Assembly: GCF_009914755.1 (NCBI RefSeq)
Contig: NC_060935.1
From: the human T2T-CHM13v2.0 reference genome, Homo sapiens
Reading direction: 5' to 3' (one strand)
Length of the DNA stretch: 64,000 nt
Both the position numbers and the translations under genes were made by a program. The notes below the pieces were generated by a model, which did not search any database, was not told the origin of the DNA, and was given only the letters and a program-made list of their open reading frames with translations. Shown one piece after another: positions 45,172 to 59,900 of this stretch (the stretch's first letter is position 1; the number at the start of each line of letters is the position of its first letter).

Positions 45172-45450
45172 CCAGTACTGTCCAATAGAAATAGAGTGCA
45201 AACCACGTATGTCATTTTAAATTTCTTAGTAGACACTTTAAATAGATAAAAAGAAACAATAAATTAATTTTAATGTATATGTATTTAACTATTGTATCCA
45301 CAATATCACTTCAACATGTTGAAGTAATTATATTGATTACCTAATCAATATAAAAATTATTATTGAGATATTTACATCTATTTTTATACTGTAAATTTAA
45401 AAATTTTATACTTACAGCACATCTCCGTTTGGGCTAGCCACATTTCAAAT
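45172..45450. mobile_element. hAT-Charlie MITE (MER3/MER33-like)
   Basis: CAGTACTGTCCAATAGAAA...GGCTAGCCACATTTCAA. Confidence 0.7.
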
Positions 45451-45899
45451 CGTAGCTTTAGTCATTTACTTCGCAAATAGATTGCAAAGTTTTTTGGAGG
45501 CAAATTCCATGGCTTATTATGCCTAGCACATATTGTATGCTTGAAGAATTTTATGTATGTATTTATTTTTTAAGAGATGGAATCTTGCTATGTTGCCCAG
45601 GCTGGACATGAACTCCTAGGCTTATGAGTAATTTTCTTCCATCTTTCTATTTTCTAGGTTTTCAGTTAAATGTTTATTACTTTCATAATTTAAAGACTGT
45701 TTTTTTCTTTTACTGGAAACTATTTTCAAGGAAAAAGGTCATATTCACTTCTGGATCTGACAAGTTTGGCAAACTGAAACTTGTCTAGAGAAGAGCAATC
45801 AAGATTAGAATACTTTAAACAATAGCATTTAAGGAACAATTAAAGGAACTGAAAGGGGTTTGCCTGAAGAAAAGAAAGACTTGGGAGACATAATATTTG

Positions 45900-46210
45900 T
45901 TTTCAGTTGTATTTTATTTATGTATTTTTAAGACAGGATCTCAGTCTATCACCCAGATTAGTGTACAGTGGCACAATCATAGCTCACTACAACCTCAACT
46001 CCTGGGCTCAAGTGATCCTCCCACCTCAGCCTCCCAAGTAGCTAGGACTACAGGTGTGCACCACCACTCCCAGCTAATTTTTAATTTTTTTGTAGAGACA
46101 GGGTCTCACTGTGTTCCCCAGGGTGGTGTCAAACTCCTGGCCTCAAGCAGTCTTCCTCCCTCAGCCTTGCAAAGTGCTGAGAATACAGGCGTGAGCCACC
46201 AAGCCTGCCC
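45900..46210 (-). mobile_element. Alu (AluJ-like)
   Basis: Reverse Alu. Confidence 0.88.
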
Positions 46211-47374
46211 TTCAATAAGAAAAAAACCAGCCACATCTTTTAAACATTTACTCTGTGCCAGGTACTATGCTAAGTGCTTAAGTGGATTATCCCATTTAAT
46301 TTTTCTGTAATACTATGAGATTAGCCAGATAAGGACTGAAATTTAGAGAAGTTAGAGAGCCAATGACAGCATGAAAACTCATACTTGTTCTGACTCCAGT
46401 GTGCATATTTCTTTGAAGACTGCTTTTATGCCACCTAAGAGGAAAGATTCAGGGCAGAAACTAGAGACCTATTTTGACACACATAGGCAGAAATTCTAAA
46501 GATTAGGACTATTACAAAGCAACCCAGGTCCTCTGCAGAGGAAAAGCAAGCATCATTTCACTGAAAGGATTTAATTGTGAATGTATTCTTCCAAGTTCCT
46601 TCTTGTCCATAATTCTATAAAATCCTTGATCCTGAGTAGAACTCCTTTTCCATCTAAATGTTTTGTGGTTTGGGAGGGAAAATCCCCCAAATCCAGATTC
46701 ACCAGAAGTTCTATTATGTATGAAGAGAAACCATTTATACCTTGGCTTTAGTAACAAAAACAAACAAACAAACAACCATAAAGCACTTGGGAAACTTTTA
46801 TCTGTAACCACTTTTGTGGAACTATCAAAGGGATATAACTATTAGAAGAAAATTATGTTGTTTTAAAGGATAGTCTTTAAATATCTAGAAAATTAATTTT
46901 TGAACCTTTTATTCCTTGTTTATATTCAATAAGTTAGTGATTGTAGTTGCTGCTACAGTAGTCAAGTTTATCATATATAATGGGTAATAATGTATGGCTT
47001 CTGTAGCCTTCTCCCATCAGCAAGTACTAGGTATAACAGACCACCTAGCTGCTGTGGGAGAATCCAGAATGAAGCAGAAACTGAAGTTTGGCTGAGCCAG
47101 AAGAGAGATGAGAGGAACAGTGGGATCTCATTAGCACATGCAGCTGCAGCAGGCTAGATTTTGCCAGCCTCCAATGGTTTTCAGCTTTGGTACCTCTGAA
47201 GAATCTGGGACCAGATAAGTGTGTGTTGATTGAAGCCAAGAATTGAACCTGAGTGTCTGCTGATTCCCATTTCTTCTTCTAGTTAATTCAGTTGATTTCA
47301 GCAAATATTTACTGAGTATATTCTATATCCCAAGCTTTGTGCTGAGTCACTAAGATTCAAAAAATTAAACTTCA

Positions 47375-47671
<297 letters not shown>

Positions 47672-48443
47672 AGAGACTTTACTCTTTAATAAGATCAGCC
47701 AATCAGCAAATACTTACTAAACCCCTGCTGTGTACCAGGCATCGTACAGGTGCTGTGGATACAGTGGAGAATTAAACATATGTTCCATCTTCCTGTTCTT
47801 ACGATGTTTAAATCTAATAGGGAAGGTAAGAAAAATGGAAATGGCACATGTATACAAAAAATACAGCAAACATTTTAAGAAATTTTTATCTCAGACTAGG
47901 TTTTGAATGTCAAAGCAGCTTAATTTATCTGAATTTTAGATAGATGGGTATAATACCTCCTAGTTAATAGAGTGGTTGTGAAAATTCAACAAAAGATGTA
48001 AGGTTCTTGGTAAAGTACTTGACTCATAAGCACTCAGTTGTTAAATGAGTTTGCAGCAAGATACAAAGGTAATGCAGAGGAAGGAATGATTAACTTGTGG
48101 TAGATGAGGGGACTACAAGGAAAGTTTCATAAGAGAGGACATCTGAAATGGTTTTTAAGACCAAATAGAAGTTGGATTAGTAGGGAAGGCATGCCAAGAA
48201 AAGGTAAGCACAAAGGCATTGAAGAGTGTAACAGTGAAATATGTTTTGGAAATTATAAGTAGCTTGGCTATAGTTTGAATAGAGTTGAGGTTGTAGTTGT
48301 ATAATATATGATGAGGGTGGAGAGCAGGGAAAGAAGTGACTAGAGAGATCACTGGAGCAAAATTATAGAAGGGGCTTGTATACCTAGCTAGGTAATTGTA
48401 CCTTTAGTTTCCTTTTACTTCTGGGTAACAGTAGAGGGGGCTA

Positions 48444-48804
<361 letters not shown>

Positions 48805-49149
48805 TAGGCATGTCAAAATTAGGGAGTATGGAAAGCATGTTTTGCTTGACACACATTCACACTGTAAAGTTCTGGTGAGTTAAGTATCTTGATACACATT
48901 TACCTGATTGTAATTGAGTACCACTGTTTCAGGCAATAGGAAGCTATTGAAGAGCTTTAGAAAAATCAAAATACTAGTATAGATGATTGATTGGGCAGGA
49001 AACCACAGTGGAGGCAGGGAGACTAGTTAGAAGGCTATTCTTATATTACTCAATTCTAAATATTTGACATCTTATGGAGTATTAATTTCTCTCAAAAAGG
49101 AAGAAGTTCATTTACATTTTCTACCATGTAAAAAACTACTTAGGATAAT

Positions 49150-51267
49150 ACTGTTTGAAGCTATTTGATTTATGAAGGTATTATTAGTCTGATACCAAAA
49201 CCAGGCAATGATAATATAGGAAAACTAAGCCAGTGTCTCTTATAAAATAGATACAGAAGTGGGGCATAGTGGCACATAACCTATAGTCTCAGTTACTTGG
49301 GGAGCTAAGGTGGGAGGAGTGCTTGAGCCCAGGAGTTCGAGGTTGTAGTGAGCCAAGATCGTGCTACTGCACTCCAGCCTGGGTGACAGAGCAAGACCCC
49401 ATCTCATTTATACATACATACGTAAATATTCACTTGCTCATTCACCTAATCCTAAGGAAAATAACAGCAGATTGATAGTGTGGTAAAATAATAATACACT
49501 GTGACCAGGTAGGTTTTGTTCAAGGAATGCAAGAATGTCTCAGCATTAGAAAATATTATCAGTATGATTCACCTCTTACCTCACTTGATGCCCCAAAAAG
49601 GACTTGATAAACTATAATGTCCCTTCATGTTGAAAACTCTTGGCCACTAGGAATAGATGAAAAACTTCCTAAAGATTATAAAATTCATACAGAAACTAGA
49701 AAATTGCATGAATATCATACTTAGTGGTAAAACAGACACATTGACACATTCCTTTTAAACTCAGGGATAAGACAAGTGCTGTGTTTTGGATATTTGGCCA
49801 CTCTAAATCTCAGTTGAAATTTGATCCCTAATGTTGGAGGTGAGGCCTAATGGGAAGTGTTTAGGTCATGGGAGTGGATCCTTCATGAATGGCTTGGTGC
49901 CGTTCTCATGGTAATGAGTGAGTTCTTACTCTCCTACTTCCAAGAGTTATTTAATAAGATCTGACATCTCCCTCCCCTCTTTCTGCTTCCACTTTTATCA
50001 CATGACCTTTGCACCTGCCAGCTACCCTTAGCCTTCCACCATGAGTGGAAGCAGCCTGATGCACTCAGCAGCAGGACCAGATGCTGGTGCCGTACTTCTT
50101 ATACAGCTTGCAGAACTGTGACCCAAATAAACTTCTTTTCCTTATAAATTACTCAGGCTCCGATATTTCTTTATAGCAGCATAAATGGACTAAGACAGTA
50201 AGGGTGCAATTTTCAGTGTTATACTGGAGTTTCTAGTCAAACAATACAAAAAAACAAGTTTTAAATATTTGAAAAAAGTAGCTAGAACAATTATTATGTG
50301 AAGATATTCTCTCTCTACAAAATCAACTGACAAACTACTAGTTAAGCAGTTTACAAAGTTGATGTTTAAAAATCTGTTTTTTCTAAAATTAGCACTTTGC
50401 AGATCTGGAAATGTAATAGGAAAAATCCTATTCATAAAAGCAACAAAATGTAAAATACGTGGGAATAGACCTTATTTTTTAAATGTAAGACATTTATGAA
50501 GAAAACAATAAAATGTCACAGAAGGATTTAAAGGAAAATCTGAATATGGAAATAAGTTATGTTCCTGTATGAATCTAGCTAAACTGGCTAAGATCCCAGT
50601 GGGATTTTTTCATGAGAGTTAATTAAACAAACTGAAATTCACACAGAATAATAAATGCCTAGGAATAACCAAGATAATTTTGAAAAAGAGCAAAAAAAAA
50701 GAGCAATCTGGTCTTTCAGATACCAAAACATAATCTAAAAGTCTATCAGTTAATAGTATGGTATTGGTAGAAAGAATAAAGAAATAAGCCCATGTATAAA
50801 AAGGAATTTAATACACAATGAAAATAACAATGCAAATGGATTAAACAACACAAATGAATTTAAATAACAAATCGTAAGAAAATTCAGATACGACCTTAAA
50901 GCAGGCCTTCTTAAACTTAGCCAAAAGAAGTGAAAGCCATAAATAAAAGATTAATTTGAGTTTACCAAAACAAAAACTTCTAGACAAAATACCGTAAAGT
51001 TAAAACACAAGCTATGTGCTAGATAAAAAATATTTCATATATGTGCAAAACAAACTATAGGCAAAGGGTTAATATTTTCGTTATATTAAAAAGAAGAAAA
51101 AACTACAAAGCGGTAAGAAGAAAGACAATCCAGAAGAAAAATGGGCAAGAGATAAGAAGTGTTAGTTGACAGAAGAAGAAATATAGATAATGGATAAATT
51201 TATAAAAATGGGACTACCTTACTATTAATTAGCAAAATATAAAGTGAAATAAAAGAATAACACTTTT
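49150..51267 (+). mobile_element. Very old L1 (L1ME-like) ORF2 remnant hosting younger insertions (Alu monomer about 49261-49410, MST LTR, L1MA); resumes at about 59406-59480
   Basis: Degenerate L1 motifs (GATACCAAAACCAGGCAA, CAAGATAATTTTGAAAAAG, GAAAAATGGGCAAGAGAT); collinear continuation after 59405. Confidence 0.65.
49777..50197 (+). mobile_element. MaLR solo LTR (MSTB-like)
   Basis: TGCTGTGTTTTGGATATTTG...ATGGACTAAGACA. Confidence 0.85.
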
Positions 51268-54200
51268 GAGAGGGGCGGCAGAGCAAGATGGTGAAATAGA
51301 AGCCTCCACTTGTCGTCCTCCCCACAGGAACACCAAATTGAACAAATGTCCACACAAAAAAGAACCTTCATAAGAACCAAAAATCAGGTGAATGATCACA
51401 GTACCTAGATTTATCTTCATATCACTTAAAGAGACACTGAAGAGGATAGAAACGACAGTCTTGAATTACTGACATCACCCCTTCCCCATCTGCTGGCAGT
51501 GGTTGCGTGGAACGGAGAGAGAATCTGTGTGCTTGTGGGAGGGAGAGCACAGTGATTGTGTGACTTTGCATTGGAACTCAGTGCTGCCCTGTCACAGTGG
51601 AAAGCAACACTGGGCAGGACTCAGTAAGTTTCCACAGAGGGAGGATTTAGACCAGCCTTAGCCAGAGGTGAATTACCCATTCCAGTGTTCTGAATTTGAG
51701 TTCTGGAAAGCCTTGCCACCCAAGCTAAAGGGTCCTGGGGTCCTAAATAAACTTGAAAAGCAGACTAGGCCACAAGGACTGCAATTCTTGGGCAAGTCCT
51801 GGTGCTGTGCTGGTGTTGGAGCCAGTGGACTTGAGCAGCACATAACCTTGTGAGACACCAGGGGCAGCCAGGGGAGTGCTTACGCCACCTCTCCCCCAAC
51901 CTCAGGTGGAGCAGCTTGCAGCTCTGGGAGAGACTCCTTCTTTCTGCTTGAAGAGAGGAGAGGAAAGAGTAAAGAGGACTTTATCTTGCAACTTGGATAC
52001 CAGCTCAGCTATAGTAGGATAAGGCACCAGGCAGAGTACCAAGGCCCATTCCAGGCCCTAATTCCCAGACAGCATGACACATACTGAGCTAGAAGGGAGC
52101 CTGCTTCCCTGAAGGGAAGGACCCAGTCCTGGCAGGATTCATCCCCTGCTGACTAAAGAGCCTTTGGGTCCTGAATAATCAGCAACAGTATTCAGACAGT
52201 ATTTGCCGTGGTCCTGAGGTAAGACTCAGAGATGTGCTGGCTTCAAGTGTGACCCAACACATTCCCAGCTGTGGTGGCTATGAGGAAGGACTCTTTCTGA
52301 TTGAGAAAAGGAGAGGGAAGAGTAAAGACTTCATGTTGCAGTTAGGTGCCAGTGGGGTAGAGCACCAGGTGGACTCTTGGGGTTCCCAATTCCAGGCCTT
52401 GGCTCTTGGACAGCATTTCTGGACCTACCCTGGGCCAGAGGGGACCACTGCCCTGAAGAGGCAGTCCCAGGCCTGACAGCATTCACCATAAGCTGACTGA
52501 AGAGCCCTTAGGCCATGAATAAACACTGGTGGTAGCCAGGCAGTACTTGCCATGGGCCTGGGGTAGTTGTAGCCATGGGGAGAGACTATGCTTGTGGAAA
52601 GGATAGGGAAGAGTAGGAAGGACTTTGTCTTGTGACTTGGATGCCAGCTCAGCTGCAGTATAGTAGAGCACCAGGTAGATTCCTAAGGTTTCCAATTCCA
52701 AGCCCTGGCTCCTGGATGGCATCTCTGGACTCACCTGGGACCAGGGGCAACCCACTGCCCTGAAGGGAAGGACAGAAGCCTGGCTGGCTTTGCTACCTGC
52801 TGATTATGGAGCCCTAGGGCCTTGAGTGAACACAGATAGCCAGGCAGTGGTTACTGTAGGCCTTGGGTGAGTCCCAGTGTTGTGATGGCTTCAGGTCTGA
52901 CCCAGCACAGTCCTAGTGCTGGTGGCCACAGGGGTACTTGTGTCACTCCACCCCCAGCTCCAGGAAGCTCAGCACAGAGAGAGACCCCATTTATTTGGGA
53001 GAAAATAAAGGAAGAGTGTAAGAATCTCTGTCTGGTAATCCAGAGAATTCTTCTGGATCTTATCCAACACCACCAAAATAGTACCTCTGTGAGTCTGCAA
53101 GAGCTAGGTGCTTGGGGTGCCCCCTAATGCAGCTATGGCTGCAGTGACCAAAAACTTAGATGACAATACCCAAGTTTCTTTGAATACCTGGAAAGCTTTC
53201 GCAGGAAGAATGGGTACAAACAAGCCCAGACTACAAAGACTACAATAAATACCTAACTCTTCAATGCCCAGTCACTGATCAATATTCACAAACTCAAGAC
53301 TGTCTAGGAAAACATGACTTCACCACATGAACTAAATAAGGCACCAGTGACCAATCCCAGAGAGACAGAGATATGTGACCTTTCAGACAGAATTCAAAAT
53401 AGCTGTTTTGAGGAAATTCAACAAAATTTGAGATAACAGAGAAGGAATTCAGAAAATTTATCTATAGATAAATTTAACAAAGCAATTGAAATAATTAAAA
53501 AGAACAGAAATTCTGGAGTTGAAAAATGCAATTGACATAATAAAGAATGCATCAGAGTCTCTTAACATATTTGATGAGGCAGAAGTAAGAATTAGCTTGA
53601 AGACAGGTTATTTGAATATACACAAAGGAGACAAAAGAAAAAGAATACAAAAACAATGCAGCACACCTACAATAGAAAATAGCCTCAAAAGGGCAAATTT
53701 AAGAGTTAGTGGTCTTAAAGAGGAGGTAGAGAGATTGGCATAGAAAATTTATTGAAAGAGTTAATAACAGAACTTCCCAAACCTAGAGAAACATATCAGT
53801 ATTCAAATAAAAGAAGGTTATAGAACACCAAGCAGATTTAACCCAAATAAGACTACCTCAAGGCATTTAATAATCAAACTCCCAGAGGTCAAAGATAAAG
53901 AATTCTAAAAGCAGAAAGAGAAAAGAAACAAATAATATACAATGGAACTCCAGTACATCTGGAAGCAGACTTCTCAGTGAAAACCTTACAGGCCAGGGGA
54001 GAGTGGCATAACATATTTAAAATGCTGAAGGGAAAAAAAAAAAAACTTTTATGCTAAAATAGTATATCCAGTCAAAATATCCTTCAAACATGTAAAAGAA
54101 TAAAGACTTTCCCAGACACACAAAAGCTGGAGGATTTCATCAACACCAGACTTACAAGAAATGCTAAAGGTAGTTCTTGCATCTGAAAGAAAAGGACATT

Positions 54201-54408
54201 AATGAACACTAAGAAATCATCTGAAGGTACAAAACTCATTGATAAGTACACAGAAAAACACAGAATAACATTGTAATTGTTGTGTGTAAACAACTCATAT
54301 CTTGAGTAGAAAGACTAAAAGAGGAACCAATCAAAAATATTAACTATGACAACTTTTCAAGACATAAACAGTACAATAATATATAAATAGAAACAATAGC
54401 TATAAATA

Positions 54409-54695
54409 GGTTGGGCATGGTGGCTCACACCTGTAATCCCGCACTTTGGGAGGCCGAGGTGGACAGATTGCTTGAGCCCAGGAATTTGAGACCAGCCTGG
54501 ACAACACGGTGAGACCACATCTCTACAACAAAAAATTGACTAAGTGTAGTGGTGTGTGCCTGTAGACCCAGCTACTTGGGAGGCTGATGTGGGAGGATTG
54601 CTTGAGCTGGGAGGCAGTGGTTGTAGTGAGCTGAGATCACACCACTGCACTCAAGCCTAGGCAACTTGAGACCCTGTCTTAGAAAAAAGAAAAGA
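54409..54695 (+). mobile_element. Alu (AluJ-like) inside the L1MA
   Basis: Alu dimer. Confidence 0.88.
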
Positions 54696-56603
54696 AGTAG
54701 AGACAACAAAAATTAAAAAGTGGAGTGCTGAAGTTAAAATGTAGAGTTTTTATTGGTTTTCTCTATGCTTGTTTGTTTGTTTATGAAATCAGTTTTAAAT
54801 TGTCACCACTTTACAATAATGGGTTATGATACTATTTGCAAGCAAACTCAAACCAAAAACATAACAACAGATACACAAAAAATAAAAAGCAAGATATTTA
54901 AACATACCACCAGAGAAAATCACCTGCACTAAAGAAAGACAGGAAAGAAGAGAAGACCACAAAACAACCAGAAAACAAAGTTGCAGGAATAAGTCCTTAT
55001 TAATAATAACATTGAATGTAAATAGACTAAACTCGCCAATCAAAAGACGTGGAGTGGCTGAATGAATACAAAAACAAGACCCACTGACCTGTTGCCTACT
55101 AGAAACACTCTTTATCTGTAAAGACACATATAGACTGAAAATAAAGTGAGGGACAAAGATATTCCATGCTGATGCAAACTAAAAAGTGGGAGTAGCTATA
55201 TGTATATCAGACAAAATAGATTTCAAGACAAAAACTATAAAAAGAGGCAAAAGTCATTATATAATGATAAGGGGGTCAATTCAGCAAGAGGATATAACAG
55301 TTATACATATATATGCACCCAACACTGGAGCACCCAAATAGGTAAAGCAAATATTATTAGAGCTGAAGAGGGAGAGATGGGCCCCACCCAATACAATAAG
55401 AGCTGGAGACTTCAATACCCCACTTTCAGTGTTGGACAGATAATCGAGATAGAAAAATTTACGTAATCTGCACTATATATCAAATGGACTTAATAATTAC
55501 CTACAGAACACTTCATCCAACAGCTGCAGAATACACATTCTTCTCCTCAAGACATGGATCATTCTCAAGGATGGACCATGTTAGGTCACAAAACAAGTCT
55601 TGGATAACATTCAAAAAACTGAAATTATATCAAGTATATTTTCTGACCACAATGAAATAAAACTAGTAATCAATAAGAGGAGGAATTTTGGATACTATAC
55701 AAACACATAGAAAATAAACACTATGCTCCTAAATGACCAGTGGGCCAATGAAATTAAGATGGAAATTTTAAAATTTCTTGCAACAAATGATAATGGAAAC
55801 ACAACATACCAAAGCCTGTGAGATACAGTGAAAGCCATACTAAAAGGAAAGTTTATAGCTATAAGAGCCTACATCAAGAATGTAGAAAACTCTCAAATAA
55901 CCAACCCAACGATGCATCCTAAAGAATTAGAAGAGCAAGAACAAACCAAACGCAAAATTAGTAGGAGACAAGAAAAATAAAGATCAGAGCAGAAATAAAT
56001 GAAATCAAAACAAAAAAGTAGAAAAGATCAACAAAATAAAAAGTTGGTTTTTGAAACATGAAATTGGCAAACCTTTAGCTAGACTAAGAAAAAAGAAAGA
56101 AGACCCAAATAAAATCAGATGAAAAAGGAGACATTGCACCTGATACTGCAGAAATTCAAAGGATTACTAGAGGATACTATGAGCAACTATATGCCAATAA
56201 GTTGGAAAATCTAGAAGAAATGGATAAATTTCTAGACACGTACAACCTACGAAGGTTGAACCATGAAGAAATCCAAAACCTGAACAGACCAATAACAAGT
56301 AATGAAATCCAAGCTGTAATAAAAGTCTCCCAGTAAAGAAAAATGGGACCTGATGGCTTCACTGCTGAATTTTACCAAACATTTAAAAAAGAAATAACAC
56401 CAGTCCTACTCAAACTATTCTGAAAAATAGAGGAGGAGGGAATACTTTCAGACTCCTTCTACGAGGCTAGTTACCCTAATACCAAAACCAGACAGACAAA
56501 AACAAAAAAACTACAGGCCAATATCCCTGATGAACATTGATGCAGAAATCATCAGCAAAATACTAGCAAACCAAATTCAGCAACACATTACAAAGATTAT
56601 TCA

Positions 56604-56906
56604 GGCTGGGCACAGTGGCTCGTGCCTGTAATCCCAGCACTTTGAGAGGCTGAGGCGGGTGGATCACTTGAGATCAGGAGTTCAAGATCAGCCTGGCCAA
56701 CATGGTGAAACCCCGTCTCTTCTAAAAATACAAAAATTAGCCAGACATGGTGGCGCGCACTTCTTATTCCAGCTACTCAAGAGGCAGAGGTGGGAGGATT
56801 GCCTGAACCTGGGAAATGGAGGTTGCAGTAAGCCAGGATCATGCCGCTGCCCTCTATCCTGGGTGACACAGCAAGACTCCGTCTCAAAAAAAAAAAAAAA
56901 AAAAAA
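56604..56906 (+). mobile_element. Alu (AluS-like) inside L1MA ORF2
   Basis: Perfect TSD AAAGATTATTCA. Confidence 0.92.
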
Positions 56907-59900
56907 GGAAAAAGATTATTCATTATGATCAAGTGGGATTTATTCTAGGATGTGAGGATGGTTCAGCATATGCAAATCAATCAGTGTGATACATCATATC
57001 AACAGAATGAAGGACAAAAACCATATGATCATTTCAATTGATGCTGGAAAAGCATTTGATAAAATTCAACATCCCTTCATGATAAAAAAAAAAAACTTAA
57101 ACTGAGTATAGAAGGAATGTAACACAATAAAAGCCATATACAATAGACCCACAGCTTGTATAATACTAAAAGGATGATAAATGAAAAGTTGAAACCTTTC
57201 TTGTAAGATCTGGAAAATGGCAAGGATACTCACTTTCATCACTGTTATTCAACATATTATTGGAAGTCTTAGCTAGAGCAATCAGACAAGAGAAAGAAAG
57301 GGCATCCAAATTGGAAAGGAAAAAGTAAATTATCCTGTTTTGCAGATGATATGAACTTATATTTAGAAAATCCTAAAGACTCCACCAAAAAACTGTTAGA
57401 ACTGATCAATTTAATAAAGTTACAGGATACAAAATTGATGTACAAAAATTAGCAGCATTCTTATATGCCAACAGCAAACAATCTGAAAAATCAAGAAAGT
57501 AACCCTATTTACAGTAGCTACAAATAAAATACCTAGGAATTAACCAAAGAAGTGAAATACAATGAAATGTATAAAACACTGATGAAAGAAATTGAAGAGG
57601 ACACGAAAAAGAGAAAGATATTCCATGTTCAGGGATTGGAAGAATCAACATTGTTAAAGTGTCCGTAGCACCCAAAACAATCTACAGATGCAACACAATC
57701 CTATCAAAAATACCAATGATATTCTTCAAAAAAATGGAACAATTGTGAAATTTCTATAGAACCACAGAAGACCCAGAATAGCCAAAGCTATCCTGATAGA
57801 AAAGAACAAAACTGGAGGAATAACATTACCTGACTTCAGATTATACCACAGGGTTATAACAACCAGAGCAGCATGGTACTGCTATAAAGACAGACACATA
57901 GACCAATGGAACAGAATAGAGAACCCAGAAACAAATCCATACATCTACAGTGAACTCATTTTCAACAGAGGTGCTAAGAACACATGTTGGGGCAAGGACA
58001 GTTTCTTCAATAAATCATGCTGGGAAAACTGGATATCCATATACAGAAGAATGAAACTAAACCCCTATCTCTTGCCATATACAAAAATCAATAAAAATGA
58101 ATTAAAGACTCAAACTATGAAAGTACTAAAAGAAAACATTGAGAAAACTCTCCAGGACATTGGACTGTGGAAAGATTTTTTTTGAGTAATACCCAACAAG
58201 CACAGGTAACCAAAGCAAAAATGGACAAATGGGATCATGTCAAGTTAAAAGGCTTCTGCACAGCAAAGGAAACAACAAAGTGAAGAAACAACCCACAGAA
58301 TGGGAGAAAATATTTGCAAACTATCCATCTGACAAGGGATTAATAACCAGAATATATAAGGAGCTCAACAACTCTATAGGAAAAAATCTAATAATCTAAT
58401 TTTAAAATGGGCAAAAGATCTGAATAGATATTTCTCAAAGGAATATATTCATATGGCAGACACGCATATGAAAAGGTGCTCAACATCACTGATCACCAGA
58501 GAAATGGAAATGAAAACTATAATGAGGTATCATCTCACCCCAGTTAAAATGGCTTTTATGCAAAAGACAGGCAATAACAAATGCTGGTGAGGATGTGGAG
58601 GAAAGGGAACCTTCATACACTGTTGGTGAGAATGTAAATTAGTAAAGCCACTATGGAGAACAGTTTGTTGATTCCTTAAAAAAAAAAAAAAAACTAAAAA
58701 TAGAACTACCGTATAATGCAGCAATCCCGCTACTATGTATATAGCCAAAGGAAAGGAAATCAGTACATCGAAGAGATATTACACTCCCATGTTTATTACA
58801 GCACTATTTACAATAGCCAAGATTTGGAAGCAACCAGTGTCTATCAGTAGATGAATGGATAAGGAAAATGTGGTACATATACACAAAGGAGTACTATTTG
58901 GTTATAAAAAAGACTGAGATCTCTGTCATTTGCAACAACATGGATGGAACTGGAGGTCATTACGGTAAGTGAAATAAGCCAGGCACAGAAAAAATTCACA
59001 TGTTCTCACTTACTTATGGGAGCTAAAAATTAAAACAATTGAACTCATGGAGAGTAGAAGGATGGTTACCAGAGGCTGGGAACAGTAGTGGATGGGGAGA
59101 GGGAGGTGGGAGGTGGAGGATAATTGGGGATGGTTAATGAGTACAAAAATATTTAAATAGAATGAATAAGATCTTGTATTTGATGGCACAACAGGGTGAC
59201 TACAGTCAACAATAGTTTACTGTGTATTTTAAAATAGCTAAAAGGGTATAGTTAGATTGTTTTCAACACGAAGAAAGGATAAATGCTTAAAGTGATGGCT
59301 ACCTCATTTGCCCGATGTGATGGTTATGCATTGTTTGCCTGTATCAGAATATCTAATGTACTCCACAAATGTATACCCTTACTATGTACCCACCAAATTT
59401 TTTAAAAAACAATACCATTTTTTACTTATCAAATTAGCCAAAATTAAGTTTGAGGATATCATATATTTGTGGGGATACCTATTTCTCCACACTTTCACCA
59501 ATACCTGATAAACCTCTAAGAACCTGTTTTGTTCGCCAAAAAAACTGTGCTAATATTTTCCCAGCCGACTTCTTAAGAAGATAATATGAGATTATCTGAG
59601 ATAATCTGGTGAAATTATAAAGTGATACAGAAGCATATTATTACTACCCAGTTCTTCCAATCTTGTCTCTGTTCTCTAGTCTCGGGTTAGGATAGTGGGC
59701 CTTCATTTTGGGTATACATTAGAATCACCTGGAGAAGTCGAAAATGTGTAAATAACTTGAATCAGAATTTCTGGTGGGTTTGCCCCTGGGCAGTAGTATT
59801 TAGGTGATTGATTCTGTTATGTAGCCAGGGTTGAAAACCACCTGGAACCAGGCAGCTTGGATTTGAAAATTGGCTCTGTCACTTATTAGCTATTTAGCCT

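Larger units (their letters stand above)
51268..59405 (+). mobile_element. Near full-length, decayed L1MA2/3-like LINE-1 (5' UTR, ORF1, ORF2, 3' UTR), about 8.1 kb including two Alus
   Basis: 5' end GAGAGGGGCGGCAGAGCAAGATGG; ORF1-like region about 53300-54200; ORF2 EN start (TLNVNRLNSPIKR) near 55010; L1MA 3' UTR ending CTATGTACCCAC; degenerate TSD AAAAGAATAACACTTTT/AAAACAATACCATTTTT. Confidence 0.88.
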
